Positions 43,193-55,374 are shown, counted from the stretch's first letter. The stretch: DNA of 64,000 nt from Phycisphaerae bacterium (GCA_963666835.2 CAXXGO010000006.1:1024001-1088000), one strand, 5' to 3'. Program-made: numbers and translations. The notes: generated by a model not told the origin, from the letters alone.

Positions 43193-44395
43193 ATGCCACC
43201 ACGCGGCACCGGGCGGGTTACTCCGTTCGGTGCCGCGGATGGTTTCGTGTGCTCCCCGCCGTACCAAGGAAGGGCTGGGGAGGTTCTGCCGGATGGACGG
43301 TCTATCGTCACTGCCGACACCGCGAAGGCGGGCGAGCGGGAGTACGCGGCCGTGCGGTTTGAGTACGCGGTTAACGGGACGGCGGTCAGCTTCGTCATGG
43401 GCGAGCGGTGGCGGTGGGATCCGGACGCGGGCGGGAATCCGACGGATTTTGAGATTACATACGCGCGCGAGTTTCGGTATGATGGAGCTCGGCAGAGGTA
43501 TCTGAATCGGCAGTTGGATCCCGCGGCCTTGCAGGAGTCCGGGCAGTTGGTCTCTTTGCGCGATACGTGGTCGGACTACTCCGGGGATTCGGTCTACGCC
43601 GACTACAGCTTCGACGGCGGCGCGCCGGAGGTGTCGCGGATCTACGAGCCCGGCGTCGGCATGTCGGTCGACCCCACGGCCGTGGCGGGCACGCGGTACT
43701 ACCACGCTGACCACCTGGGCACAACCCGGTTCACCTCGGACGGTGCCACCGGTGCGGTCGTGGACAGTTCGGCCTACGAGGCCTTAGGCGCCCCAATCGA
43801 CGGGGCGAACCACCGCTACGGCTACGCCGGTGCCTACGGCTACCAGTCGCACGACATCGATGAAGTAGCCGCCCTCGACCCCCCACTAGACCCGGCCACC
43901 GCCTTCCCCTTCCTCCACGTAGGAGCCCGCTACTACGACCCGGCGACGGGACGGTTCCTGCAGAGGGATCCGATTGGGATCGCTGGGGGGTTGAATGTCT
44001 ATGCGTATGTATACAACAACCCGGTGTTACGAACTGACCCAAGTGGAAACGGCTTCTGGGATGGAAACAACGCGTTTCACGATTGGATCGCACGGAAGTT
44101 CTGGATGCACCCAATCAACCCAGCCAAGAGTCGGCTCCCGAAAATGGGAGATGCCGAGGCCTGCGCCTGGGTGGCCGGCTACACGGCCGTTGGCACTGTG
44201 GCGTTGTACCGTGGCGGAAAGTATCTAGCACGGTTTGCTCGGATACACCACGGTCCGTTTAAGGGGCATATGGGAGGCGCGTGGCACTTCCACATCGGTC
44301 GAAGAGCTGGCGAACTAGGGCGTTATCATCTTCCACAACAGTTTCGCGGATGGTGGGGCAACCTGAAGAGCATCTTACGGCGTAAATGGAGGTAA
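43193..44395 (+). pseudogene. Orphan Rhs cassette 3 (divergent core type) + His/Arg-rich CT3
   Basis: Core motifs present; tip contains HHGP..WHFHIG. Confidence 0.8.
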
Positions 44396-44396
44396 T

Positions 44397-44897
44397 ATGT
44401 CTGCAATACTCGAACAGTATGAAACCTGCTGCGCGCCTGGCGTCACGGAGAGCGTCATGGGTGACGATCAGCTTATCGGTCATGTAATTGATGCGCTTGA
44501 CAGTAGTCTTCTGTTCCAATCTGTTGTAGTTGTGCGTGGTAAGTTCCTTCGAAACGCGAAACATCTTGGGCTTGACAGGCATGTGACACTGCTGTACAGC
44601 GATAACCGGGAGTATCTTCGGCACTACAAGACGGCGTTGGTGGCTGCAAGCTCCTCGCAAGGACATTGCAACATCCTGTATGCGCCGACACGTATGGACA
44701 CGTTCTGGGGAACTTTGGTAGAGAGGGGCTGCATCCAATCTCAGAATTGGCAGCCCTTGGGCGAAGAAGAGGCACGAGAGGTACTTGGTGCCGACGGGCT
44801 GGCATCACTGATTGACACGGTTGAACCGCTGTGTCCGAATGGCTGGCTTACGTTTTGGCATGACGCGCAACACGTCGTCAAGTGTACATACGTATGA
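44397..44897 (+). CDS. Putative soluble immunity protein for CT3
   Basis: GGAGG RBS overlapping the toxin stop; no TM segment. Confidence 0.7.
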   Translation: MSAILEQYETCCAPGVTESVMGDDQLIGHVIDALDSSLLFQSVVVVRGKFLRNAKHLGLDRHVTLLYSDNREYLRHYKTALVAASSSQGHCNILYAPTRMDTFWGTLVERGCIQSQNWQPLGEEEAREVLGADGLASLIDTVEPLCPNGWLTFWHDAQHVVKCTYV

Positions 44898-45003
44898 GTC
44901 GGAAAAGGGGTCGGGAGTCGTTCTGACGCCCGACGACGATGATTGAATGATTGCCACCACGCGGCACCGGGCGGGTTGATCCGTTCGGTGCCGCGGGTGG
45001 TTT

Positions 45004-46764
45004 GTGGTTCGCACATTCACGTACGACCGTGAGCGTGTTCAAGTGCCGGGCGGGCCAACGCACTGGCAGAGATACACCGGCAAGCAGACTCGGGTCGGGC
45101 CGGACGGGACGGAGACTATCACGCAACTCGACGCGGCCGGGCGGGTTGAGTCGGCTTTGCGGCGGCGGGTGGACAATGGCGGAGCGTTGCTTCGGGCCGA
45201 GTATTCGTATTATGCCAACGGGCAGCTTCGCCAGGTTCGATTCAGTAACGACGCGACGGTCGAATACAGCTACGACGCGGCCGGTCGGATCACGGCAATC
45301 ACGCACCGCGACTACCTCGATTACATCATGTTGCGGCTGAGTTATGAATACAATCCGCACGACGCTCGTGGACTGCCGACCAGGATCACGGAGGAAGAAG
45401 ATACGCTGTACGGTCGGGTGACCAAGGCCGTGACGACGTTTCGCTACGACGGACCGGGCCGGCTGGTCCGTGAGACGCGGGTGGCGAATCCGTTATCGTC
45501 GTATGACTTGGTTTACACGTACGACCTGGGCGGGAATCGGCTGAGCACGATCCACGAGGCGAACGAGGTCGAGACGGTTTATCATTACGACGTCGAGGAC
45601 GAGGCGCAGTATGTCTACGGCAGTGCCAATAACCGGCTGATGTACTTCGAGACGTTCGACACGAGCGCGTACGGGCACGAGCTCGTCTCGACGACGTATT
45701 ATTACTACAACAACTACGGCAACATCACGCGGAAGGTGACGCAGCTTGCGGATCCGGAGCCCGGGGAACGGGAGTATCATGCCACGTACCTGAAGTACGC
45801 GACGAACGGGGAAACCGTAACGTATCTGCTGGGCGAGGAGTGGGATTGGAACGGGAATCCACTCGCCGAGGTCACGAATTATACCGTGACGTTTGCCCGG
45901 GAGTTTTGGTATGATGGCGCCCGGCAAAGGTTCTTGAATCGCGAGTTTGATCCGGTCGAATTGACGGGTGACAACATGGTGGTGCTGTCCGAAACTTGGT
46001 CGGATTATGCGGGCGACAACATCTACGCGGATTTCACGCTTAATGGGTCGACCGTGACCGTGCCGTGGATCTATGAGCCGGGTATCGGCCGGGTTGGCAA
46101 CCCGTTCGGCGACATGGCGGATTGGGACACGGGCTACTACCACGCGGACCACATCGGTACAACCCGCCTGCTGAGCGACAACGACGGCCTGCCGAAAGAC
46201 GATTCAGTGTACACTGCCTTCGGTAGCCTGGTCGGGGGCACGAACCACCGCTACGGCTACGCCGGCAAACACGGCTACCAAGCCCACGCCGACACCCCTT
46301 TCCTCCACGTCGGAGCCCGCTACTACGACCCGGACGTGGGGCGGTTCCTGCAGCGGGATCCGATTGGGATTGATGGGGGCCGAAACGTGTACGCCTATGC
46401 GCACTCGTCACCCACACTAGCCGTTGACCCGTCCGGGCTGAAGATTTGGACGGAGGTGAAGGGTAAGCGACGCAAGGCCACCAAGGACGGCTGGCAGAAC
46501 CAGCAGCACCAGTTTAGCTACGACGATCACGATGCAGGGATGGCGTCTATTGCCGCAGGCGCGGCAGCAGTTGTGTTCGGTGCGGCGGCCCTCGCCTTCC
46601 CAGAGCCGGCGATAACGAAGTACGCTGGCACGTTGGCCCTGGCAGAAGGTGTCGGTGGATTAGCCTGCGCCGCGTATGCCTTCAACCCCGAAGTCATCAG
46701 GGACGAATGGGTTGATATCGGCCCGCTCGTTCCGTACAAGCCGGGGGAACGCCCACAGTTGTAG
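45004..46764 (+). pseudogene. Orphan Rhs cassette 4 + CT4
   Basis: Begins at [10 protein letters not shown]; tip has a hydrophobic hairpin around FPEPAITK. Confidence 0.85.
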
Positions 46765-46833
46765 ACTTCTGCACGCAATACCGGAGTCATCGGGAAACAA
46801 CGTCCGTGCCTCACAAAGAAGGAGCCGGTCTTT

Positions 46834-46998
46834 ATGAATTGGACGTACGGAAGAAAGCTGTGCGTTGTAGCGATTGTCCTTAGCCTACTCGGGATCTTGA
46901 TGGGTTCAGTGGCAATCTGTTCGCGGAGTCCGATTTCGCCAAGTTCGATGTCGCAAGGCAGACCGGCGTTGCCGCAGCAAAACGCGCCTGTTCCCTGA
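46834..46998 (+). CDS. 54-aa single-TM small protein, candidate immunity for CT4 (absent from the ORF track)
   Basis: AAGGAG RBS; MNWTYGRKLCVVAIVLSLLGILMGSVAICSRS..NAPVP*. Confidence 0.55.
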   Translation: MNWTYGRKLCVVAIVLSLLGILMGSVAICSRSPISPSSMSQGRPALPQQNAPVP

Positions 46999-47215
46999 GA
47001 TCCACCTGGTGTGCAGAGCCTGCGAAGTCGGCATCGACGGGAAAAGCACAGGAACACAGCCTGTCGAGGCGAGTAGGCGCGCGCGTTGTGGAGCCACGCC
47101 CGTTCGAATTGGAATCGGGCAGGCCTGTGCAGACTGTCACAGTGGCGGTGTCGTCCTGGTCGGGCTGCGAGAAGCCGCCGGGCGCGGCGCGCGTACGCGC
47201 ATTGTGGGGATCGGC

Positions 47216-47644
47216 ATGTTTGCGATTGCTGTGCTGGTCATCTGCCTGACAGTGGGTGTCGTTGCGTGGGTCGTCGGCGTGCTCCTTGCGACGTATACGT
47301 CGTGGAACGCGTCGACAAGGACAGTCGTGAACTTCCTCGTGGTAACGCCTATACTTGGCGGACTCCTGGCATCTGCGACTGGGGCACTTCCCGTACGCGT
47401 GGTAATGTGCCCGCACTGCAGGCGTATCAGGCGATTGGGGTTTGGGAAACGGGTGCCCACGGAATGGCAGCATATTGTGGAACCGACAGGCTTCTGCATG
47501 GCTTGCGGATATTCACTCCGTGGAATTACTGAGCAGCCGAGGTGTCCAGAGTGCGGGGATCCGTTTCCGAAGGAGTGGCTGAAGATCACCCGTCAAGCGG
47601 ATGAGGAGCCCTCGGTCGAGTATGACGTTGTTGCGAAGGAGTGA
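47216..47644 (+). CDS. TM + Zn-ribbon immunity-like protein
   Basis: Two TM segments, CPHC, CMACGYSLRGITEQPRCPECG; start uncertain. Confidence 0.7.
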   Translation: MFAIAVLVICLTVGVVAWVVGVLLATYTSWNASTRTVVNFLVVTPILGGLLASATGALPVRVVMCPHCRRIRRLGFGKRVPTEWQHIVEPTGFCMACGYSLRGITEQPRCPECGDPFPKEWLKITRQADEEPSVEYDVVAKE

Positions 47645-47756
47645 AGGAGCAGACACAGGGGTTGGGAGTCTCTGTTGGGCGAATGACGGAGTCGAGGGTC
47701 TTTTCGACGGCCGATCACAGTGATTGCCTTAGTGCCACCTCGCGGCACCGGGCGGG

Positions 47757-49052
47757 TTGCTCCGTTCGGTGCCGCGGGTTGGCGATCCGGCGTCGTCGTT
47801 TGATCTGGCGTACACGCACGACGCGGGCGGGAATCGGCTGAGCACGATCGACGAGGTGAACCACGTCGAGACGGTGTACCATTACGACGTCGAGGACGAG
47901 CCGGAGTACGTCTACGACAGCTTCAATAACCGGCTGATGTATTTCGAGACGTTCGATACCAGCGGTGCCGAGGCTGAGCTGGTCTCGACGACGTACTACT
48001 TCTACAACGACTACGGGAACGTCACGCGGAAGGTGACGGAGTTGGCGGACCCCGAGCCGGGCGAGAAGAGGTATCGTTCGACGTATCTCAAGTACGCGAC
48101 GAACGGGCACGCGGTGACGTATCTGGTGGGCGAGGAGTGGACCTATCCGGAGTCGGATTATGCGGTGACGTTCGCCCGGGAGTTCTGGTATGATGGTGCC
48201 CGGCAGCGATTCTTGAATCGCGAGCTTGATCCGGTTGCGCTAACGGATGGCATTGTGGATGTGGAATCAGAAACCTGGTCGGACTATGTAGGCGACAGCA
48301 TCTACGCCGACTTCACGTTTGATGGGTCGACCGTGACCGTGCCGCGGATCTACGAGCCGGGCATGGGGAAGGTGGACGGCTTATCTGTCGGTGGCGCGGC
48401 TTACTACCACGCCGATCACATCGGCACGACCCGTCTGCTGAGCGGGTACAACGGCAGCGCGGACGATGAGTCAGTATACAGCGCCTTCGGAGGTCTGGTG
48501 TCCGGCACAAACCACCGCTACGGCTACGCCGGCAAACACGGCTACCAGTCCCACGCCGACACCCCCTTCCTCCACGTCGGAGCCCGCTACTACGACCCGG
48601 CAACGGGGCGGTTTCTGCAGAGGGATCCGATTGGGATTGATGGGGGGTTGAATGTGTATGTGTATGCACTAAACAACCCCGCGTTGCAGGTCGATCCTTC
48701 TGGGCTACACTGGGCGATTGATGGGCAGCCGCAGCATCATCTTCCCGATATCGATGGGCACGGGATTACTCCTCCTCCTGCGCCTTCGGTACGTCCGCCT
48801 CAGCCATTGGTTCCAACACCCGTTCCCTATGCGGATGACTGTGTAATGACTTGTGTCCGAATATACCTAACCCCATTGCTATACTGTAAGCCAGCGTCCT
48901 TCGGTCAGATTGGAAGGCACGAAGATAACCAAGACAACTGTGAAGACCTGGGTGGCACCTGGGGCTTCTACTCAGACGAAGACCCGACTTTCACGTGGAT
49001 CGGCCATAAACTCATCAGGAGGCGTGGTAGGCCAAGCCGTGGTGGTGTTTGA
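47757..49052 (+). pseudogene. Orphan Rhs cassette 5 + Pro/Cys-containing CT5
   Basis: Hairpin fused directly to RVGDPASS; core motifs intact. Confidence 0.85.
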
Positions 49053-49531
49053 TCGACAGTACGTCTTATAATGAAGCGATAATCGGAGAAGCGGGTGAAG
49101 GTCCTTCGTCGCGCGGAGTCATGCCCGCAATAACGATCCATCTTATCGAGGAGCATGGGAAGCCGATGTATCAGGAGAGAACTCACGAGTGGATCGCGCG
49201 AGTGTTTGGAGCTGTGTTCGTGTTTCTTCTGGTAGGCGTTCTTGCTTTCGATCTGCTAAGCAGATTGCATATAGCCGACCACCAGTGGCGACTGCCTGGC
49301 ATGCTGTTTCTTGCCGGTAGTGCGGGACTGGGTGCCTCGTTAATCGTCATTCGAATCACCCGACGAGCACGGCCGACGCCACCTGGGCGATGTCGCAAGT
49401 GCGGGTATATTCTATTCGGGGCTCCGGGACCCAACTGTCCGGAATGTGGGACGCCTTTTACTGTCTCGGGCACCGAGGGCAAGATGACGAATAACGGGGT
49501 CGGGAGTCGTTCTGACGGCGGATCGGAGTGA
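49049..49531 (+). CDS. TM + Zn-ribbon immunity-like protein for CT5
   Basis: Two TM segments, CRKCGYILFGAPGPNCPECG; true start may be further downstream. Confidence 0.7.
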   Translation: MIDSTSYNEAIIGEAGEGPSSRGVMPAITIHLIEEHGKPMYQERTHEWIARVFGAVFVFLLVGVLAFDLLSRLHIADHQWRLPGMLFLAGSAGLGASLIVIRITRRARPTPPGRCRKCGYILFGAPGPNCPECGTPFTVSGTEGKMTNNGVGSRSDGGSE

Positions 49532-49539
49532 TTGAATAG

Positions 49540-50994
49540 GTGCCACTACGCGGCACCGGGCGGGTTAGTCCGTTCGGTGCCGCGGGTGGTTTGTGGGTCG
49601 CGCATTCACGTACGGCCGCGAGCGTGTTCAAGTCTCCGGTGGGCCAACGTATCGGCACAGGTACACCGTTGAGCACACTCGGGTCAAGCTCGCTGGGACG
49701 GCTGAAACACGAGGCGCGGGTTGGCGATCCGGCATCGTCGTATGATCTGGCGTACACCCACGACGCGGGCGGGAATCGGCTGAGCACGATCGACGAGGTG
49801 AACGAGGTCGAGACGGTTTATCATTACGACGTCGAGGACGAGGCGCAGTATGTCTACGGCAGTGCCAATAACCGGCTGATGTACTTCGAGACGTTCGACA
49901 CGAGCGCGTACGGGCACGAGCTCGTCTCGACGACGTATTATTACTACAACGACTACGGCAACATCACGCGGAAGGTGACGCAGCTCGCGAATCCGGAGCC
50001 CGGGGAGCGGGAGTATCACGCGACGTACCTGAAGTACGCAACGAACGGGCAGGCCGTGACGTATCTGCTGGGCGAGGAGTGGGATTGGAACGGGAATCCC
50101 TACTCCGAGGTCTACAATTATACGGTGACGTTCGCCCGGGAGTTCTGGTATGATGGTGCCCGGCAACGGTTCTTGAATCGCGAGTTTGATCCGGTCGCGT
50201 TGACGGGTGACAACAGGGTGGTGCTATCCGAAACCTGGTCGGATTATGCGGGCGACAGCATCTACGCGGATTTCACGCGTAATGGGTCGACCGTGACCGT
50301 GGCACGGATCCACGAGCCGGGGATCGGGAAGATGGAGACTCCGTTTGACGTTCCTGAGTCGGCCTACTACCACGCCGACCACATCGGCACGACCCGTCTG
50401 CTCGGCTGGAGCGACTTCTTCGAACCGCGCGACCCGGCCGTGTACACCGCCTTCGGTAGCTTGGTCACCGGCACAAACCACCGCTACGGCTACGCCGGCA
50501 AACACGGCTACCAGGCCCACGCCGAACCCCCCTTCCTCCACCTCGGAGCCCGCTACTACGACCCGGACACGGGCCGGTTCTTGCAGCGGGATCCGATCGG
50601 GATTCGCGGGGGGGGGAATGTGTATGTATATGTGAACAACCACCCGAGTGCAGCCTTCGATCCTGATGGGCTCAGGAGTATCTACGACGATTGGAGTCCA
50701 CTGCCGTTTGGGCCAAGAGACGAGGCGGAGATCGAAGGGACTCAGCGAGGCACTGGAGTAGCGCTTGCATGCTTCGCAACCGCAGCTGTGGCAGCGGTTG
50801 CCGTGGAAGCTGGCGTTCCCGCAGCCGTTGCTGGTGCAGGCCGTATTGCTGCGAGGACGGGAGGAAGATGGGCCTGGAAGGCTGGCGTATGGGTTTGGCA
50901 AACGCAGGCGAAGCTCGAGAAAGTGATCGCCAAGAACCCGGGGAAGTCCGGGCTAGTTGCGTGGATGATTAAGGAGATCTACGAGCGGCTTTGA
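49540..50994 (+). pseudogene. Orphan Rhs cassette 6 + amphipathic CT6
   Basis: Internally deleted, mosaic core; DPDG then an Ala/Val/Trp-rich tip. Confidence 0.85.
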
Positions 50995-51281
50995 CGAGCG
51001 AGGTCCAGTGTGACAGTGCTTCTCGCTGTGGAATGGGGCCAATGCGAGCTGGAACACCGGTGTGGAATCAGCCGCCGCCTGTTGACGGCCCGAGGCTAAC
51101 GGGACAGGATAAGGACACTCAACCGTCCGCCGTGGCGGATGACCAAGGCACGGGCATGGCTAGCCCGCTGACGTGAGCAAGCTCAGCAGAGCTGATGGGT
51201 GTCCTTGTCCTGCCCAGACGAGAGTAGGATAGAGTGTGCTTCTAGCCGTGGCTCGCTCGTACGAAATGCGGGGAGAGTACA

Positions 51282-51545
51282 GTGACTCAGCACAGCAGAT
51301 TTTGGGTACTATCAAGGGCATTCGGTAGCCTTTCCATCTGCCTGGTGATTGACCTGCTGGTCTTTGAAATGGACTGGAAAACAGGTCGGGTAGACTGGGT
51401 GCCTTTCTTACGAGGCTGGGGGATCCTGTTCGGGGTCTTTGTCTTCTTTCTCCGAAAGCCCCTGTTTCATAAGGGTTGGAAGAGCCATCAGGAAGACGAG
51501 AACACTTGTGAACGCTGCGAACAGGAGGATAGGGAGACCCGATAA
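51282..51545 (+). CDS. Small 2-TM protein, candidate immunity for CT6
   Basis: GGAG RBS; two hydrophobic segments; C-terminal CERC. Confidence 0.5.
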   Translation: MTQHSRFWVLSRAFGSLSICLVIDLLVFEMDWKTGRVDWVPFLRGWGILFGVFVFFLRKPLFHKGWKSHQEDENTCERCEQEDRETR

Positions 51546-51685
51546 CACGGCCGGAGGGATGACTAACGCTCGCGTGGATTAATCCGGCGAGACAGTGCAT
51601 CTTCTCGATCCTGCCGATCGGCCGGGACGATCCCAGGTCGCAAACGGGGTCGGGAGTTGTTCTGACGGCCGACCACGATGATTGA

Positions 51686-53551
51686 ATGAGTGCCACCACG
51701 CGGCACCGGGCGGGTCAGTCCGTTCGGTGCCGCGGGTGGTTTGTGGGTCGCGCATTCACGTACGATCGTGAGCGTGTTCAGGTGTCGGGAGAGACAACGT
51801 ATTGGCACACGTACACCGGTAAGCAGACGCGGGTCGGGCCGGATGGGACGGAGACTGTCACGCAACTCGACGCGGCCGGGCGGGTTGAGTCGGTTTTGCG
51901 GCGGCGGGCAGACACCGGCGCGACGCTGCTTCAGGCCGAGTATTCCTACTTTGCCAACGGGCAGCTTCGCCGGGTCGATTATGCCAACAGCGCGGCCGTC
52001 GAGTACACGTACGACGCGGCCGGGCGGATTACGGCGATCAATCACCTGAACGCCGCCGGCGGCATCATGTTGCGGCTGAGTTATGAATACAATCCGCACG
52101 ACGTGCGTGGGCTGCCCACCGTTATCACTGAGGAGGTGGACACCGGAATCAGGGCCGAAACGAGGCTCTATTACGACGGGCTGGGGCGGCTGGCTCGCGA
52201 GAAGCGTACGCCGGGGGATAAGATCAACCCGTGGTACGATCTGAGGTACACCTACGACTTAGGCGGGAATCGTCTGACCGCGGTCGACGAGGCCAACGAC
52301 GTCGAGACGGTGTATCATTACGACGTCGAGGACGATCCGCAGTGCGTCTACGGCAGCGCCAACAACCGGCTGATGTACTTCGAGACGTTCAAGACGGCCA
52401 CCGGTCACTACTTAGTCTCGACAACGTATTATTACTACAACAACTACGGCAACATCACACGGAAGGTGACGCAGCTTGCGAATCCGGAGCCCGGGGAGCG
52501 GGAGTATCACGCGACGTATCTGAAGTACGCGACGAACGGGGAAACAGTAACGTATCTGCTGGGCAAGGAGTGGGATTGGAACGGGTACACCGCCTCCGAA
52601 GTCACGAATTATGCCGTGACTTTCGGCCGGGAGTTCTGGTATGATGGAGCCCGGCAGCGGTTCCTGAATCGCGAGTTTGATCCGGTCGCGTTGACGGGTG
52701 ACAACATGGTCGTGCTATCCGAAACCTGGTCGGATTATGCCGGCGACAGCATCTACGCGGATTTCACGCTTAATGGGTCGACGTTGACCGTGCCGCGGAT
52801 CTACGAGCCCGGTATCGGCAAGGTGGAAGACCCGTTTGGCGTCCTCGATCGAGCGCACTCCCACACCGACCACATCGGTACAACCCGCCTGCTGAGCGAC
52901 AACGAGGGCCTGTCGAAAGACGAGTCCCTCTACACCGCGTTCGGTAGCTTGGTATCCGGCACAAACCACCGCTACGGCTACGCCGGCAAACACGGCTACC
53001 AATCCCACGCCGACACCCCCTTCCTCCACGTCGGAGCCCGTTACTACGACCCGGATACGGGTCGGTTCCTGCAGCGGGATCCGATTGGGATTATGGGCGG
53101 GGTAAATGTGTATGAGTATTGCTCCAGCAATCCGGTGGCCTCGATCGATCCGAGTGGCACCTGGAACCATGGCACTCACCAGGGCAATGCGCAGTATAAG
53201 AGCTGGCGTGAACAGGGTCATTCGCCGTCCAGCGCTAGCAGGCAAATGGAACGCATGGCACCCGATGAGTTCAAGACCGGACTGATGGTCGGTGTAGGTC
53301 TCGGAACGGCCATGGCGGCGTGGTACGCGGCGCCTTACGTCGCCAGCGCGGCCGCTGCTACGCCAGGGGTTGTCGCAAGTGGTGCTAGAGCAGCGGGCCC
53401 CGCTATCGCATGCGGCGCAAGGGCAGCTTGGCCATATGTTCGACGAGCAGGAGCGTCAGCAGGGGGCAAGTTCTGGGATGGCTACTGGGGGACGCTAGGA
53501 AAGGCTGCGGCTCTCGGCACCGCGGGCTGGCTGATCTCCAAGTTACTGTAG
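51686..53551 (+). pseudogene. Orphan Rhs cassette 7 + CT7 (paralog of CT2)
   Basis: [10 protein letters not shown] start; tip shares SWREQG..AAWPYVRRAGAS with CT2. Confidence 0.85.
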
Positions 53552-53575
53552 CGGGCGAGCAACTAGGACGGAGGT

Positions 53576-54172
53576 ATGCGGATGTTCTCTTTCTCCTTTG
53601 CGGCTCTTGTTTCGGTGGGTGTCGCAACGACGCTTCTGTCTGGACTGATCGGTGGGCGACTACGTGTTGCATTGGCATCTCGTATGTTCGCCATGGAGCT
53701 ACAGCATTACGACGGCGCCGCCGGGAACATCGCCTTGGAGCAAGCATTCCCTTTTACCAGGAAGCGGTATGTGTGGAAGGTGCCCCTGCCTTTCATTCAC
53801 GGCGTTGCCTCCATGACTGCGGCCATGATATTGGTGTTCGTCTTGCCGATTCCCGAGGATATACCAGATGTGTATGTCTTGGGGTTCTTTGTAGTCATTA
53901 TTGACGTGTTGATCATGTTGGTTGAGTTGCACTTGGCTAGGATAGCGATCATTCGTGTGCTTCGCGAGCGACTGATTGCGGAGGGTACTATCGTCTGTCG
54001 TCGATGCGGCTACGATCTTCGCGGACAGATAGAGCAACGCTGCCCGGAGTGCGGGAACCCGTTTTCCCTGACGCCGGAGAACGCGTCGACCCGCGGACAA
54101 AGCGGGCCCCCGCCTATGGAAGACACAAGGCAGACAAAGGGAGGCGTTTCCCGGGACGACCATTGCCATTGA
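53576..54172 (+). CDS. TM + Zn-ribbon immunity protein for CT7 (intron-free paralog of 40542)
   Basis: GGAGG RBS; three TM segments; CRRCGYDLRGQIEQRCPECG. Confidence 0.8.
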   Translation: MRMFSFSFAALVSVGVATTLLSGLIGGRLRVALASRMFAMELQHYDGAAGNIALEQAFPFTRKRYVWKVPLPFIHGVASMTAAMILVFVLPIPEDIPDVYVLGFFVVIIDVLIMLVELHLARIAIIRVLRERLIAEGTIVCRRCGYDLRGQIEQRCPECGNPFSLTPENASTRGQSGPPPMEDTRQTKGGVSRDDHCH

Positions 54173-54735
54173 TTCAGGGTCACCATGCGGCACCGAGCGG
54201 GTTGATCCGTTCGGTGCCGCGTGGGCCGTTCTACGGCGTTTGCTGCGCGGCATTTGCAATAGAGCCCACGTGCCAGGGAGGCATAGCGGGGCGGAGGCAT
54301 CCATACCGGCAATACAAGAAGGCGGAGGAGCGATTGATGAGAAGTACGAGGTTCAGCGGTTGTGCAGCGGCCATTTCGGTATTGGCCGCGTCGGCGTCGG
54401 TCGCGGTGGCCAGCGTTGATAGCGTTCTGCTTAGCCCTAAATTAGTTTTAACGTCGGGGTCTCCATGTCAGTGTCCGTTGCCAAACAGAGGATGCGCCAG
54501 AACCGATACGCGGTGATTCTCGGCTGTGCTGCGGATTACGGCATGCGTCAGATGACGGTCGAGGCGATCAAACTGGAGTGGTGGTTTCGCTCGCATCGGT
54601 TCAATCTGCGCCCTTACGCAATCTTCTGATGTTGAACGGGCGGGTCGACGTGATTGCGTTGAGGTTGGTGAAGGTATTCGACAGTTCGATCGTATTCAGA
54701 GGTGATGGGGCAGTAGAGGAGTTGTTCCTGATCTC

Positions 54736-55374
54736 ATGATAGTGCTTCTACGTAGCCATCTGTTGACCGCGGAGCAAACGTTGCTCAGGGGCTTCGTTTT
54801 TGCGTTCTGCGCCAACATCGTTATGCGCCTTGTGCTGGTTGTGGGAACGGCGCCGGACACCGGAGGAATAGTCTGCTATTTCATTCTCTTTGCAGCGTTC
54901 GTTGGTATTCCCGTCACATATATTGCGAAACGGACGACGACGCTACGAACGCTACAGTTTGTCATCGTGTACGTTTTGAGTCTCGTGTTAATCCAGCAGT
55001 TCAGCAACTGGGGCAACGTCATATGGGGAGGCTACGTGGATGCGCCGTTGCCTGGTTTCGGCCGAAGTGGGACGTTGCCTTTGTTCATTATTACGCCGAC
55101 GGCCATCCCGCTTTGCTTTTTGAGTTGCTTGCTTTATTGGGTAGCCAGCCGGTACCGGTGGGGGCCGGTGGTAATCCAGGATGGAACGATGTGCCCGCAA
55201 TGCGGCTACAACATCCTCGGCGCCGTTGACCGAATCTGTTCCGAATGTGGGCGGGAGTTCACATACCAGGAACTCGGTACGACGAAGCAGGGATTTTCGG
55301 CATCCGTGGGCGCGTCTGAGACCGCGCCTTTACCGGGTTGTGCAAGAACGGACGATGAGGCGCCGGAGTCCTGA
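54736..55374 (+). CDS. Orphan TM + Zn-ribbon immunity-like protein
   Basis: GAGGAG RBS; ~4 TM segments; CPQCGYNILGAVDRICSECG. Confidence 0.75.
   Translation: MIVLLRSHLLTAEQTLLRGFVFAFCANIVMRLVLVVGTAPDTGGIVCYFILFAAFVGIPVTYIAKRTTTLRTLQFVIVYVLSLVLIQQFSNWGNVIWGGYVDAPLPGFGRSGTLPLFIITPTAIPLCFLSCLLYWVASRYRWGPVVIQDGTMCPQCGYNILGAVDRICSECGREFTYQELGTTKQGFSASVGASETAPLPGCARTDDEAPES

Noticed and set aside
54337..54516. Signal-peptide-like short ORF after hairpin copy 7
   Set aside because: Has an RBS and a hydrophobic start but ends quickly; at most a gene remnant.
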